Below, in pieces: positions 19,226 through 28,623 of a stretch of 64,000 nucleotides of DNA. The stretch lies in assembly GCA_050947015.1 (NCBI GenBank), contig JBMNVT010000006.1, forward strand, positions 40,595 through 104,594. Direction: 5' to 3'. The stretch is from Acutalibacteraceae bacterium. GTDB lineage: Bacteria > Bacillota > Clostridia > Oscillospirales > Acutalibacteraceae. Every line of letters starts with the position of its first letter. The stretch's first letter is position 1. The position numbers were made by a program, and so were the translations under genes. Below the pieces are notes generated by a model. It saw nothing but the letters and a program-made list of their open reading frames with translations. It made no database searches and was not told the DNA's origin.

Positions 19226-19324
19226 GAAAAATCAGAAGAACCCGGCAACGGGTGCCGCGGCGTTTCGGTATGGACCAGGCTGCGGGCTGATTCCCGCCTG
19301 CCGCCAAGAGAAAGGAAGACCGTT

Positions 19325-20413
19325 ATGAAAAAAATTATTCTGACCGGCGACCGCCCTACCGGCAGACTGCACGTCGGTCATTACGTTGGGTCTCTGCGCC
19401 GCCGTGTGGAGCTGCAGAACTCCGGCGAATTTGACAAGATTCTCATTATGATCGCTGATGCGCAGGCTTTGACCGACAACGCTGACAACCCCGAAAAAGT
19501 TCGGCAGAACATTATTGAAGTTGCTTTGGATTATCTTTCCTGCGGACTGGATCCCACGCGTTCCACGCTGCTGATTCAGTCGCAGATTCCGGAGCTGACC
19601 GAGCTTTCGTTTTATTACATGAATCTGGTTACGGTTTCCCGCCTGCAGCGCAACCCAACAGTCAAATCTGAAATTCAGATGCGCAATTTTGAGACCAGCA
19701 TTCCGGTCGGCTTTTTCACTTACCCGATCAGTCAGGCGGCAGATATTACAGCTTTTCGCGCGACAACCGTTCCCGCCGGAGAAGACCAGGAGCCGATGAT
19801 TGAGCAGACCAAGGAGATTGTACGCAAATTTAACGCCGTTTACGGTGAAACGCTGGTAGAACCGGAAATTCTGCTGCCGAACAACAAGGCGTGCCTTCGC
19901 CTTCCCGGCATTGACGGCAAGGCGAAGATGAGCAAGTCGCTTGGCAACTGCATTTACCTTTCCGACCCGGCCGATGAGGTAAAGAAAAAAGTGATGAGCA
20001 TGTTCACCGACCCTAACCATCTGCAGGTCTCTGACCCCGGTCAGGTGGAGGGCAACCCTGTGTTCATTTATCTGGACGCATTCTGCCGCGACGAGCATTT
20101 TGCGGAATTTTTCCGGGATTATCAGAATCTGGACGAAATGAAGGCGCATTACACCCGCGGCGGGCTTGGCGACGTAAAGGTGAAAAAATTCCTCGTCAAC
20201 GTGCTGCAGGAATCTTTGGAACCCATCCGCCAGCGCCGCAGAGAATTTGAAAAAGACATTCCGGAAATTTACCGCATTTTGAAAAAAGGCAGCGAGGATG
20301 CGCGTGAAATCGCCGCGCAGACGCTTTCCGACGTGAAAGCTGCCATGAAAATCAACTATTTTGATGATGAAGCGCTGATTGCCGAGCAAAGCAAACGTTT
20401 TTCCGAACGATAA
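19325..20413 (+). CDS. trpS: Tryptophan--tRNA ligase.
   Basis: [16 protein letters not shown] (HIGH-type motif), KMSKS, and length typical of TrpRS. Start at MKKIILTG with upstream AGGAAG. Confidence 0.9.
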   Translation: MKKIILTGDRPTGRLHVGHYVGSLRRRVELQNSGEFDKILIMIADAQALTDNADNPEKVRQNIIEVALDYLSCGLDPTRSTLLIQSQIPELTELSFYYMNLVTVSRLQRNPTVKSEIQMRNFETSIPVGFFTYPISQAADITAFRATTVPAGEDQEPMIEQTKEIVRKFNAVYGETLVEPEILLPNNKACLRLPGIDGKAKMSKSLGNCIYLSDPADEVKKKVMSMFTDPNHLQVSDPGQVEGNPVFIYLDAFCRDEHFAEFFRDYQNLDEMKAHYTRGGLGDVKVKKFLVNVLQESLEPIRQRRREFEKDIPEIYRILKKGSEDAREIAAQTLSDVKAAMKINYFDDEALIAEQSKRFSER

Positions 20414-20449
20414 ACGCAAACCGCTCTGCCCGATATTTCGTACAGAAAG

Positions 20450-20497
20450 AAAATGCGTTCGATAGGAACCGACCGGTTCCCGCCGAACGCATTTTTT
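20450..20497. terminator. Bidirectional intrinsic terminator between convergent trpS and the kinase gene.
   Basis: AAAATGCGTTCG...CGAACGCATTTTTT. It has a stem with U-tracts on both strands. Confidence 0.7.
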
Positions 20498-20534
20498 GAT
20501 CCTGCGGCGCGTTTTGTTCTGACGGCGTCAGGGT

Positions 20535-21458
20535 TCAAATCACCTCACCGGATTGTGCCAGCAGACTGAGGAAATCCTCCCGCCCGGCAAGACCGTCGGA
20601 AAAGGCGGTGGCGCCTCCGGCGGCAATTCCGCAGCGGAGCGCATATTCGTAATCGCACGACCGCTGCCAGCCGTACAAAAAGCCCGCCACCATCGAATCC
20701 CCGGCGCCGACGGTGTTGCGCATGATCCCTTTCGCAGCTTTTGCCCGGAGCACTGCGCCGTTTTGCGCAGCGAGCAGCGCGCCGTGCTTTCCGCGGGAAA
20801 CCAGTACATTTTGTGCTCCGAGCTTTTGCAGTTTTCTGGCTGCGGACACGATTTCGTCCTCTGCGGAAAGTTTTTTGCCAAACAGCTCGCCGAGTTCCTG
20901 CTGATTGGGTTTAATTAGAAACGGACGATACGACAGCACATTAAGCAGCAGCTCCTTGGTCGCATCCACCACAAAGCAAATGTTTTTTTCAGAAAGCATT
21001 GCCATAATTTTTTCGTAGATATCCTGCGGCAGAGAACCCGGAATGCTGCCTGCCAAAACCAACGTATCCCCCGCCTGCAGTGTGCGCAGCCGAACAAAGA
21101 GCTCCTCCAGTGCTTCCGGCGGAATCTCCGGTCCCTGTGCGTTGATCTCCGTTTCTTCATCGGTTTTCAGTTTGACGTTAATCCGCGTAAATCCTTTCTG
21201 CAGCCGGACAAAGTCAACGGTCACACCCTGTTCGGAAAGCGACTGCTCCAGCGCCGCTCCGGTAAAACCTGCAACAAAACCCAACGCCGTGGAAGGAATC
21301 CCGAGGTGCTGCAAAACAACGGAAACATTAATGCCCTTTCCGCCGAAATAAATCTCCTCGCTCCGGGAACGGTTGGTTTCTCCGAATTCTACCTGTTTTG
21401 CCCGCATAACGTAATCCACCGCCGGATTAAAGGTTACCGTGTAGATCATGTATTTCAA
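20535..21458 (-). CDS. PfkB-family sugar-phosphate kinase, 1-phosphofructokinase/tagatose-6-phosphate kinase-like.
   Basis: MIYTVTFNPAVDY N-terminus (FruK/LacC subfamily). GAGDSMVAGF anion-hole/ATP motif. Confidence 0.8.
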   Translation of the reverse strand: MKYMIYTVTFNPAVDYVMRAKQVEFGETNRSRSEEIYFGGKGINVSVVLQHLGIPSTALGFVAGFTGAALEQSLSEQGVTVDFVRLQKGFTRINVKLKTDEETEINAQGPEIPPEALEELFVRLRTLQAGDTLVLAGSIPGSLPQDIYEKIMAMLSEKNICFVVDATKELLLNVLSYRPFLIKPNQQELGELFGKKLSAEDEIVSAARKLQKLGAQNVLVSRGKHGALLAAQNGAVLRAKAAKGIMRNTVGAGDSMVAGFLYGWQRSCDYEYALRCGIAAGGATAFSDGLAGREDFLSLLAQSGEVI

Positions 21459-21470
21459 CCGCCCTTTCTC

Positions 21471-22667
21471 TCAGCGCGCATTCAGCTTTTTTTCACGCCA
21501 TTCCGACACGATTTCTTCATACCTGCCATAACCGCGCGCCACGGCATCCTCCCAGGAAAGATAAAGGTCTTCTCCGGCACGCACGCCGACCTGACGAAGT
21601 TTTTCGCGATCCGAGACCGCAGCCATAAGCTGCGTGCAAAGGCTTTCTGCGTTTTCCTCTGCCAAAAATCCGTTTACGCCGTCCGTGACGTCCTCGGCGG
21701 CACAGCTGCCGCGCGTCAGGATCGCGGGACAACGGCACGCGGCCGCTTCTTTGACAACGATTCCTGAGGTATCAAAGGTGGAGGGAAACAAAAACAGGTC
21801 GGCGCGGCTGTAATATTTGCGCAGTTCGGCGCGGTCGCTGACCGATCCGGTAAAAACGGTGCAGTCCATAATTCCCGCCTTTTGCGCATACGCCTGAATA
21901 TCCTGGCGTTCTGCGCCGTCCCCCACAAAAAACATGCGGAACTTCAGGCCCCGCCGTTTTGCCCTGGCGAGCGCATCGATAATCAGCGCAAGATTTTTGT
22001 ACCACATCATGCGGCCGATATAGGCAAGCACCAGTTCTCCCGGTGAAACCCGATACGTTTGGCCAAACAGCGCCAACTCCTCTGCAGAGGAAACGCCCTG
22101 CGGAAAATCGGTGCCGTTTTCCATAACGCGCACATTGCCTTCATAGCCCAGCTCCTGAAGCGATTCTCCTGCTCCGCGGCTGACCGCCCATACTTCGTCC
22201 GCCGCACGAATATTCTTCATCACAAAACTCATCGCGACCTTGCGGAACATGGCAACGTCCATCCGCTCTTCAAAATCGACATCAAATTTGGTGTGGTAAG
22301 TTAAAACAACCGGAATTTTGTGCTGCGGAGCGATCATTGATGCCATCAGAGAAGAAACAAACGGGCTGTGAATGTGGATCAGATCAAATCTTTGCCGCTG
22401 CAGCTTCTGCAGTGTTTTCAGATCATAGGGGTTGCCGACACTGTAAGAAGTCTCTTTTTTTGGCATTACCGCGTCATAGCGGATCACACGAAACGGATAA
22501 TCATCCACGGCATTCCGGTATTTCGGCGTTACTACAACGCTCTCTCCGTGATTCTGTTCGATATATCGTGCGTAATTGTAAGCAACATTGGACACGCCGT
22601 CGATCACCGGCGGAAAGGATTCTGAAAAAAGGCCGATCCGAAGCCACATGCAATAACCTCCCACCAA
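21471..22667 (-). CDS. Cytoplasmic GT4-family (group 1) glycosyltransferase.
   Basis: GT-B fold with an EX7E-type C-terminal motif (FPSTFDTSGIVVKEAAACRCPAILT). No TM segment or signal peptide. It lies 12 nt upstream of the kinase gene. Confidence 0.8.
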   Translation of the reverse strand: MVGGYCMWLRIGLFSESFPPVIDGVSNVAYNYARYIEQNHGESVVVTPKYRNAVDDYPFRVIRYDAVMPKKETSYSVGNPYDLKTLQKLQRQRFDLIHIHSPFVSSLMASMIAPQHKIPVVLTYHTKFDVDFEERMDVAMFRKVAMSFVMKNIRAADEVWAVSRGAGESLQELGYEGNVRVMENGTDFPQGVSSAEELALFGQTYRVSPGELVLAYIGRMMWYKNLALIIDALARAKRRGLKFRMFFVGDGAERQDIQAYAQKAGIMDCTVFTGSVSDRAELRKYYSRADLFLFPSTFDTSGIVVKEAAACRCPAILTRGSCAAEDVTDGVNGFLAEENAESLCTQLMAAVSDREKLRQVGVRAGEDLYLSWEDAVARGYGRYEEIVSEWREKKLNAR

Positions 22668-22781
22668 TAAAATCCTTCATTTTTCTGTTTTTCAAAATGA
22701 TGTTTTCTGTTTTTGATTATTTTAGCATATTCCTGTTGCGACTGCAACCCGAAAATTGTAAATGCAAAATGAACGATGCAC

Positions 22782-22818
22782 AAAAGCCCTGCCGCGCAGC
22801 TTGCGGCAGGGCTTTTGC
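22782..22818. terminator. Bidirectional intrinsic terminator after the giant GH-like gene.
   Basis: Perfect palindrome AAAAGCCCTGCCGC-gcagct-GCGGCAGGGCTTTTGC. Confidence 0.75.
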
Positions 22819-22828
22819 AACAGTAACA

Positions 22829-25800
22829 TTACGTTTCAAACTCCGTAAGAATGGGCGCCGACCGGATTCCGAGGCTCGTTAGGCGGTAGGAATCCGTCCA
22901 GGCGGCTCCCTGTGTTCGCCAGGCGTCCGGCCCGGTCCAGGATTGCTTGACATCTGCACGGTGCAGCGGGCCAAAGCAATTTTCACGGTTGCCAAGCAGC
23001 GTCAGCTGAACAAGGTGTTTCCCGGCATCGGGTTTTCCCAGAGAAAGGCGATACGGCGGGTACACAATATAACCGACATCTCTGCCATCCAGCGCCACCC
23101 GCACTGCCGTGCCGTCATAATGGGGAACCGTCAGTTCCAGCTGCCCTCCGGAGGTTTCTGCCGAAATGACATAAGTAATATTCGAACCGTAGTATGGAAG
23201 CCTTTGCAAAACTACATTATCAAAGCCAAGCTTTTCCGGTAGCGCAACAAGCTCACGGTATTCGCCAGCAAGAGAAACGCCGAAATCTCCGAGCAGATAG
23301 CACCATTCGATATTGGTGCGGCGACCAAACGGCAGCACGATTTCGATCTCATTGCTGCCCTTGTGCAGCCCCGGCAGCAAAATAGTTTCAATGGATTTAT
23401 CCGTAAACCAGCCGTCCGGTTCTGCCGCAACCGGTTCACCGTTGCAGGTGATTGCGGCAAGGCGGGCATCCTCCAGCGCCAACCTGGCTTCGCTGACCTC
23501 TATTGTACTGTTCACCGTAAAACGAAGCCTGACCGAATGCTCAATCTTTTCTTCCGAAACGGTCCAGGGCTGCGCGGAAGCGCCGATACGGCTGTGCCAA
23601 CCGAGCCGGCTACGGAGCACATTGTCCGCACGCAAAAGCTCCGTTTCCGGCTGATACGGCTCGCTGTCCAATGCAAATTCCGCACAATCCATCAAGTAGA
23701 CGTTGGGTTCCTCCAGTGTGTAGTCCACAAGCTTTTGCACCGGGAGCCGACGCGCCGAACCCGCCGCAGTTTCAACCGGAGCATTTTCACCCAAGGCTGC
23801 CGGCTTTTCATAACGGAGCAGCAGGCTGTCAAGGTCATAAAGCACCGTGCGAAAAACGGTTTTTCCGTTGATATACTGACTTTGTACCGGCCGAATCTCA
23901 CCAGTTTGGGTGTTGTAAAGACGGACGCTGTATTCGCCTTCCATCGAAATTCTGATTTCCTGCTCCACCGGAATGTCTTTATGGTACGGCGCACGGCTAT
24001 GGGCGATAAACATCCACCTGCCGTCGCCGTCCTCGCGCAGCTGATGCAGCAGGTTGTCTGTGCGGCTTCCGTCGGCATTCTGAATATTGACCGTCCGAAC
24101 ATCCCGAAGCGCGTTCAGAACAGCCTCCTGTGTAAAGTCCACCTTTTCGGAAATCTCCCACAACTGTTTTCCTCGTTTGCTCGGAGCCGCATCCTCCAAC
24201 GTGGGAGCGTCGCCCAAAAAGATCAGTTTCCCGCCGGCGCGGCGGAAGTCTTCCAATCTTTCCAACGTCGAGCTGCGCAATGTTTCACAGCCCGGCACAA
24301 TAATCGTGTCATAGCTCATTTTTCCTACGCACAGCGGCGCGGAACCCTTTTCGCATTGTGAGGGAAGCAAAGACTCGCTGATAAAGTCAAAATCGATACA
24401 TCCGTTCAGCAGCCACTTTGTTAAATTCTGAAAGTTCTGATCGAGCTGCTCTCTTGCTCCAAAGGTCTGCTCGGCAGGCCCCCAATGCAGCCAATAGCTT
24501 TCTACCGGATGGATTACGCCGACGCGCACCAGTGGTCTGCCGCGGGTCAGCGCCGTATTGACGCGCGCAAAATGATTTTCCACAAAAGAATAATCCTTCC
24601 ACCATGGAGACTGGTAATTAATGGATGCCGGATAATCGCGCTTTGCCTCGCCCTTCATGGAAACCCACGCCAAATGCTGCACGCGAACCGTCACGCCCAA
24701 TGCCGCCTGCCAATCGCCCTGCAGCTTATGGCCACGAAAATCGTAATCCCATCCCGTAACGCCGTACAGCTCGCTCAGAACCCCGGGGCGGCCATACTGA
24801 TGTGCCGCGGACTGCGCCTGTTTTGCCGTGGTAAATTCAAATGCGCCGCAAAGCATATCGATCCCCGGAAGCTGAAAGCTTCTGTAAGACCGCATCGCTT
24901 CGCCCAGTGCCGCCGTCTGGCTTTTCAGTGTCGGCTCCTCCATCATGTGTCCCGTCAGCATCAGGTTATGCTCGCCGCACCATTTGCCGCACTGATCGGC
25001 AAAGGCTTCGGCAAAGCGTTCGGCAATATGATCGTGATAATGATAACGGATCAGGGAAACGCGGTCATCCGGCAAATCCCAAATCAGCTCCGGAAGTGCC
25101 GAGAGAATATCTTCTCCATACGCCTCACGGAAGGTTTCCGGCACATCGTCGCTCCAGGGCAGGATGACATCCTTCTTCTCTGCAGCAAAACCGAGCGTAC
25201 CCTTGTGGGAAAACTGCGGCTCGTCCGTAAAAATCGCCGGAACAACGCCGCCAAAATCGTCCCCGACCGTATCAAGGTATTTTTCATACGTCAGCTCAAT
25301 AAACCGCCGGATCGTTTTTTTGTCGAGCGTATTGGCATAGGTCTGATTGTTAAACCATGGATTTGCGCGCGGCGTTTCTACGTAGGCATACCATTTAGTT
25401 CCCTGAACAGCGGCGTCACTGTCCACTCGCTCTGCCGAGAGAAGACACCCGTTTTGGTCGAGCACAACGTCGTAACAAGCCAGAAGATAGCCGTTCCCCG
25501 AACGCTCGCTCTTTCCGCTCATATCCAGCGTTTCGCCGCATTCGGCTTGGCCGGAATACGGGTATGCCGTAAACAGCAGGTGCCTCGCACGGTACTGCAG
25601 CTCTTTTGTCAGCAGCCCACCCGCCGCGCCGGAGGGCCACCGGTCCTCGTCATACAACCATGCAAGCATTTTGTTTTCCCTGCATTTTTCCACACAAGCT
25701 TTCACAAGGGACATATGTTCGTCGCTCAGGTACGGCGTGGCCATCCCCGTCCGGACGTGCATATGAGCGCCGCCCAGCCCCATCTGCCGGAGCACATCCA

Positions 25801-25930
25801 GCTGACAAAGCAGTTCGTCTTTTTTCAGCTCACAGTTCCATGCCCAAAAAGGTGTTCCGCGATATTCGCTGCCCGGGCTTTGAAAAAGCTCTTCACTCAA
25901 AAACGGTTCTGTGCTTTTGGGATACAACAT
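22829..25930 (-). CDS. Large cytoplasmic glycoside-hydrolase-like protein (1033 aa), family not assignable by eye.
   Basis: 3.1-kb ORF with no signal peptide. Its N-terminus is TIM-barrel GH-like (GTPFWAWNCEL...GLGGAHMHVRTG...LYDEDRWPSG). Divergent from a cupin-AraC regulator. Confidence 0.7.
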   Translation of the reverse strand: MLYPKSTEPFLSEELFQSPGSEYRGTPFWAWNCELKKDELLCQLDVLRQMGLGGAHMHVRTGMATPYLSDEHMSLVKACVEKCRENKMLAWLYDEDRWPSGAAGGLLTKELQYRARHLLFTAYPYSGQAECGETLDMSGKSERSGNGYLLACYDVVLDQNGCLLSAERVDSDAAVQGTKWYAYVETPRANPWFNNQTYANTLDKKTIRRFIELTYEKYLDTVGDDFGGVVPAIFTDEPQFSHKGTLGFAAEKKDVILPWSDDVPETFREAYGEDILSALPELIWDLPDDRVSLIRYHYHDHIAERFAEAFADQCGKWCGEHNLMLTGHMMEEPTLKSQTAALGEAMRSYRSFQLPGIDMLCGAFEFTTAKQAQSAAHQYGRPGVLSELYGVTGWDYDFRGHKLQGDWQAALGVTVRVQHLAWVSMKGEAKRDYPASINYQSPWWKDYSFVENHFARVNTALTRGRPLVRVGVIHPVESYWLHWGPAEQTFGAREQLDQNFQNLTKWLLNGCIDFDFISESLLPSQCEKGSAPLCVGKMSYDTIIVPGCETLRSSTLERLEDFRRAGGKLIFLGDAPTLEDAAPSKRGKQLWEISEKVDFTQEAVLNALRDVRTVNIQNADGSRTDNLLHQLREDGDGRWMFIAHSRAPYHKDIPVEQEIRISMEGEYSVRLYNTQTGEIRPVQSQYINGKTVFRTVLYDLDSLLLRYEKPAALGENAPVETAAGSARRLPVQKLVDYTLEEPNVYLMDCAEFALDSEPYQPETELLRADNVLRSRLGWHSRIGASAQPWTVSEEKIEHSVRLRFTVNSTIEVSEARLALEDARLAAITCNGEPVAAEPDGWFTDKSIETILLPGLHKGSNEIEIVLPFGRRTNIEWCYLLGDFGVSLAGEYRELVALPEKLGFDNVVLQRLPYYGSNITYVISAETSGGQLELTVPHYDGTAVRVALDGRDVGYIVYPPYRLSLGKPDAGKHLVQLTLLGNRENCFGPLHRADVKQSWTGPDAWRTQGAAWTDSYRLTSLGIRSAPILTEFET

Positions 25931-26046
25931 GCTGTCCGCCCTCCTGTTTTGTATTTCGTCTTGACAACATTGTACCTGAAACGGTATGATAAAAAAACCC
26001 CCTGTTTTGTTTCTTTTCTCTGATTTCCCGGGAGGATTTTAAAGTT

Positions 26047-26913
26047 ATGAAAAATACTTTTTTAACCACGCTCAACCAATCGACGCTTGGCGCCGGGCAA
26101 GTTCGTGTCATGCGGATTGCACCCCACGCCGACAAAATGCACCGTCATTCTTTTTTTGAACTGGTATATGTGATGCACGGCAGTGCGGTGCACCGTTTGG
26201 GATCCGATGCTACAAGGCTTGCGGCCGGGGATTATTTTATTGTGGATATGGGAAGCTTTCACTGCTATCAGGAAATTGAGGAATTTGAAATTGTCAACTG
26301 CCTTTTTCTTCCCGAATATGTGGATCGTGCGCTGATTAACTGCCCGTCGCTGTCGGCGCTGCTTTCCAATCAGATTATGCGCTTCGGCGTTCCGATTGAT
26401 ATACAACCCGCAGACAGAACCTATCACGATTCGGACGGAACCATTCGCCGGTTGATTTGCGCAATGGAGACGGAATTTTGCAACCGACAAGCCGGATCTA
26501 TTGAAATGGTGCGGTGCTGCCTGACGGCGGTTCTGGTGTATGCCGCTCGGTTGGCCGATTACGGGGAAAAGACACAGGAGCACCATCCAGCCGTGGCTGC
26601 AATGGCAGAATATTTATCTGAACATTATGCGGAGCCGCTTTCTTTGAAAATACTCAGCAGCAATCTGGGGTATACGCCGCAATATCTGAGCAACCTGTTT
26701 CATAAGGAATCCGGCATGAGTCTGAGCACTTATCTGCAACGGCTTCGGGTGGAAAAAGCATGCACTCTGCTGCCGGACGACCGGCTGCGCATCTCACAGA
26801 TTGCTCAGAAAGTGGGTTACGGCGATTTAAAGCATTTTAATTCCGTCTTCCGCTATTACAAAAATATGTCTCCGCGGGAATTCCGCTCGTTAATTCGGGA
26901 AAAAACACACTGA
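26047..26913 (+). CDS. AraC-family transcriptional regulator with an N-terminal cupin sugar-binding domain.
   Basis: The cupin region is HGSAVHRLGSDATRLAAGDYFIVDMGSFH. C-terminal AraC HTH (LSLKILSSNLGYTPQYLSNLFHKESG...ISQIAQKVGYGDLKHFNSVFRYY). Confidence 0.85.
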   Translation: MKNTFLTTLNQSTLGAGQVRVMRIAPHADKMHRHSFFELVYVMHGSAVHRLGSDATRLAAGDYFIVDMGSFHCYQEIEEFEIVNCLFLPEYVDRALINCPSLSALLSNQIMRFGVPIDIQPADRTYHDSDGTIRRLICAMETEFCNRQAGSIEMVRCCLTAVLVYAARLADYGEKTQEHHPAVAAMAEYLSEHYAEPLSLKILSSNLGYTPQYLSNLFHKESGMSLSTYLQRLRVEKACTLLPDDRLRISQIAQKVGYGDLKHFNSVFRYYKNMSPREFRSLIREKTH

Positions 26914-27109
26914 AAACCGCCGCAGCCGCTGAAAAAGCCTTTATTTTTCCGGTATGATGTGATATACTACAAAAATAATCCATCCATTGCGGCTGCACAC
27001 AAACCATGTATGAATCTGCAGGGGATCGGTCTCCGGCAGAATTACGATAAATGATAGATCATCACCGACGGCTCCGGCCGCGGTTCCGCTTGAAGGGAGA
27101 GCATTTTTA

Positions 27110-28579
27110 ATGGCAACAGAGGTTCGTTCCAGATTCGCCCCCAGCCCGACCGGCTTTATGCATGTGGGCAACCTGCGCACCGCGCTTTACGAGTACCTCA
27201 TCGCGCGTTCGCAGGGCGGCAAGTTTATTCTCCGGTTGGAGGACACTGACCGCGAACGGCTGGTGGAAGGCGCGGAACAGGTAATTTACAATACCCTGCA
27301 GACTGTCGGCCTGCAGCACGACGAAGGCCCCGATATCGGCGGCCCGGTGGGACCGTATATTCAAAGCGAGCGGCTCGCCATGTACCGTCCCTATGCGGAA
27401 CAGCTGGTGCGTGAGGGAAAAGCCTATTATTGCTTCTGTACCAAGGAGCGGCTGGAATCCCTGCATGAAGGCAGCGAAGAGTTCGGCGGCGGTTACGACC
27501 GCCATTGCCGCGACCTGCCCGCAGAGGAGGTTCAGCGCCTTCTGGATGCCGGAACGCCCTATGTGATCCGGCAGAAGATGCCGCTGGACGGTTCCACGAC
27601 CTTCCATGATGCCGTTTTCGGCGACATCACGGTGGAAAACAGCGAGCTGGACGACCAGATCCTGCTGAAAACCGACGGTTACCCCACTTATAATTTTGCA
27701 AACGTGATCGATGACCACACCATGCAGATCACCCATGTGGTGCGCGGCTGCGAATATCTTTCCTCCGCACCGAAGTATAATCTGCTTTACGAAGCGTTCG
27801 GCTGGCAGGTTCCGACTTATGTTCACCTGCCGCTGATCATGGGCAAAAACGCGGACGGATCGGTCTCAAAGCTTTCCAAACGCCACGGCGCGACCAGCTT
27901 TGAAGGGCTTGTGCAGGAAGGTTATCTTCCCGCGGCGATCACCAACTATATCGCTCTGCTCGGCTGGTGCCCGAAGGAGAACCGGGAGATTTTTTCGCTG
28001 GAGGAGCTTTGCCAATCCTTCTCCATCGACGGGATCAGCAAATCGCCGGCGATCTTTGACTATGAAAAACTGACATGGTTCAACGGGGAATATATCCGCG
28101 CGCTGGCTCCGGAGGAGTTCCTGAAGCTCGCCATGCCGTACTTTAAAAAGGTTTTTCCCGACCGGGAGCTGAACTGGGCGCTTCTGGCCTCGATCCTGCA
28201 GCCCCGGGTCACCAAGCTGACGCAGATCTCGGAAATGATCGAATTTTTCCGTGCGCTGCCGGAGTACGACACCGCGCTGTTTGTCAACAAGAAAAGCAAA
28301 ACAACGCTGGAAAATTCGCTGCCGATGCTGCAGACCGTGACCGGCACGCTGGCCGCACTGACCGCATGGGAGCAGCAGCCGATCCACGACGCGCTGATCG
28401 CCATTGCGGAACAGCAGGGCGTAAAAAACGGCATGGTCATGTGGCCGGCGCGCATCGCCGCTTCCGGCATGGCGGTAACGCCCGGCGGCGCTGTGGAGAT
28501 TCTGGCGATCCTCGGCCGCGAGGAAAGCCTTGCCCGTCTGAACATCGGTCTGCAGAAGCTTCAGGCTGCACAAGGCTGA
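27110..28579 (+). CDS. gltX: Glutamate--tRNA ligase.
   Basis: RFAPSPTGFMHVGNLRTALY (HIGH region), KLSKR (KMSKS), about 490 aa. Confidence 0.9.
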   Translation: MATEVRSRFAPSPTGFMHVGNLRTALYEYLIARSQGGKFILRLEDTDRERLVEGAEQVIYNTLQTVGLQHDEGPDIGGPVGPYIQSERLAMYRPYAEQLVREGKAYYCFCTKERLESLHEGSEEFGGGYDRHCRDLPAEEVQRLLDAGTPYVIRQKMPLDGSTTFHDAVFGDITVENSELDDQILLKTDGYPTYNFANVIDDHTMQITHVVRGCEYLSSAPKYNLLYEAFGWQVPTYVHLPLIMGKNADGSVSKLSKRHGATSFEGLVQEGYLPAAITNYIALLGWCPKENREIFSLEELCQSFSIDGISKSPAIFDYEKLTWFNGEYIRALAPEEFLKLAMPYFKKVFPDRELNWALLASILQPRVTKLTQISEMIEFFRALPEYDTALFVNKKSKTTLENSLPMLQTVTGTLAALTAWEQQPIHDALIAIAEQQGVKNGMVMWPARIAASGMAVTPGGAVEILAILGREESLARLNIGLQKLQAAQG

Positions 28580-28623
28580 ACACACGATAATCCCTGCAAA
28601 AAAAGAAAAAAGGACTGAGAAAA

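Noticed and set aside
19108-19324. Full T-box riboswitch upstream of trpS.
   Set aside because: A consensus promoter lies only about 100 nt from the start codon. That leaves no room for stem I and a specifier loop. Only a T-box-like GGGTGCCGCGG fragment is present.
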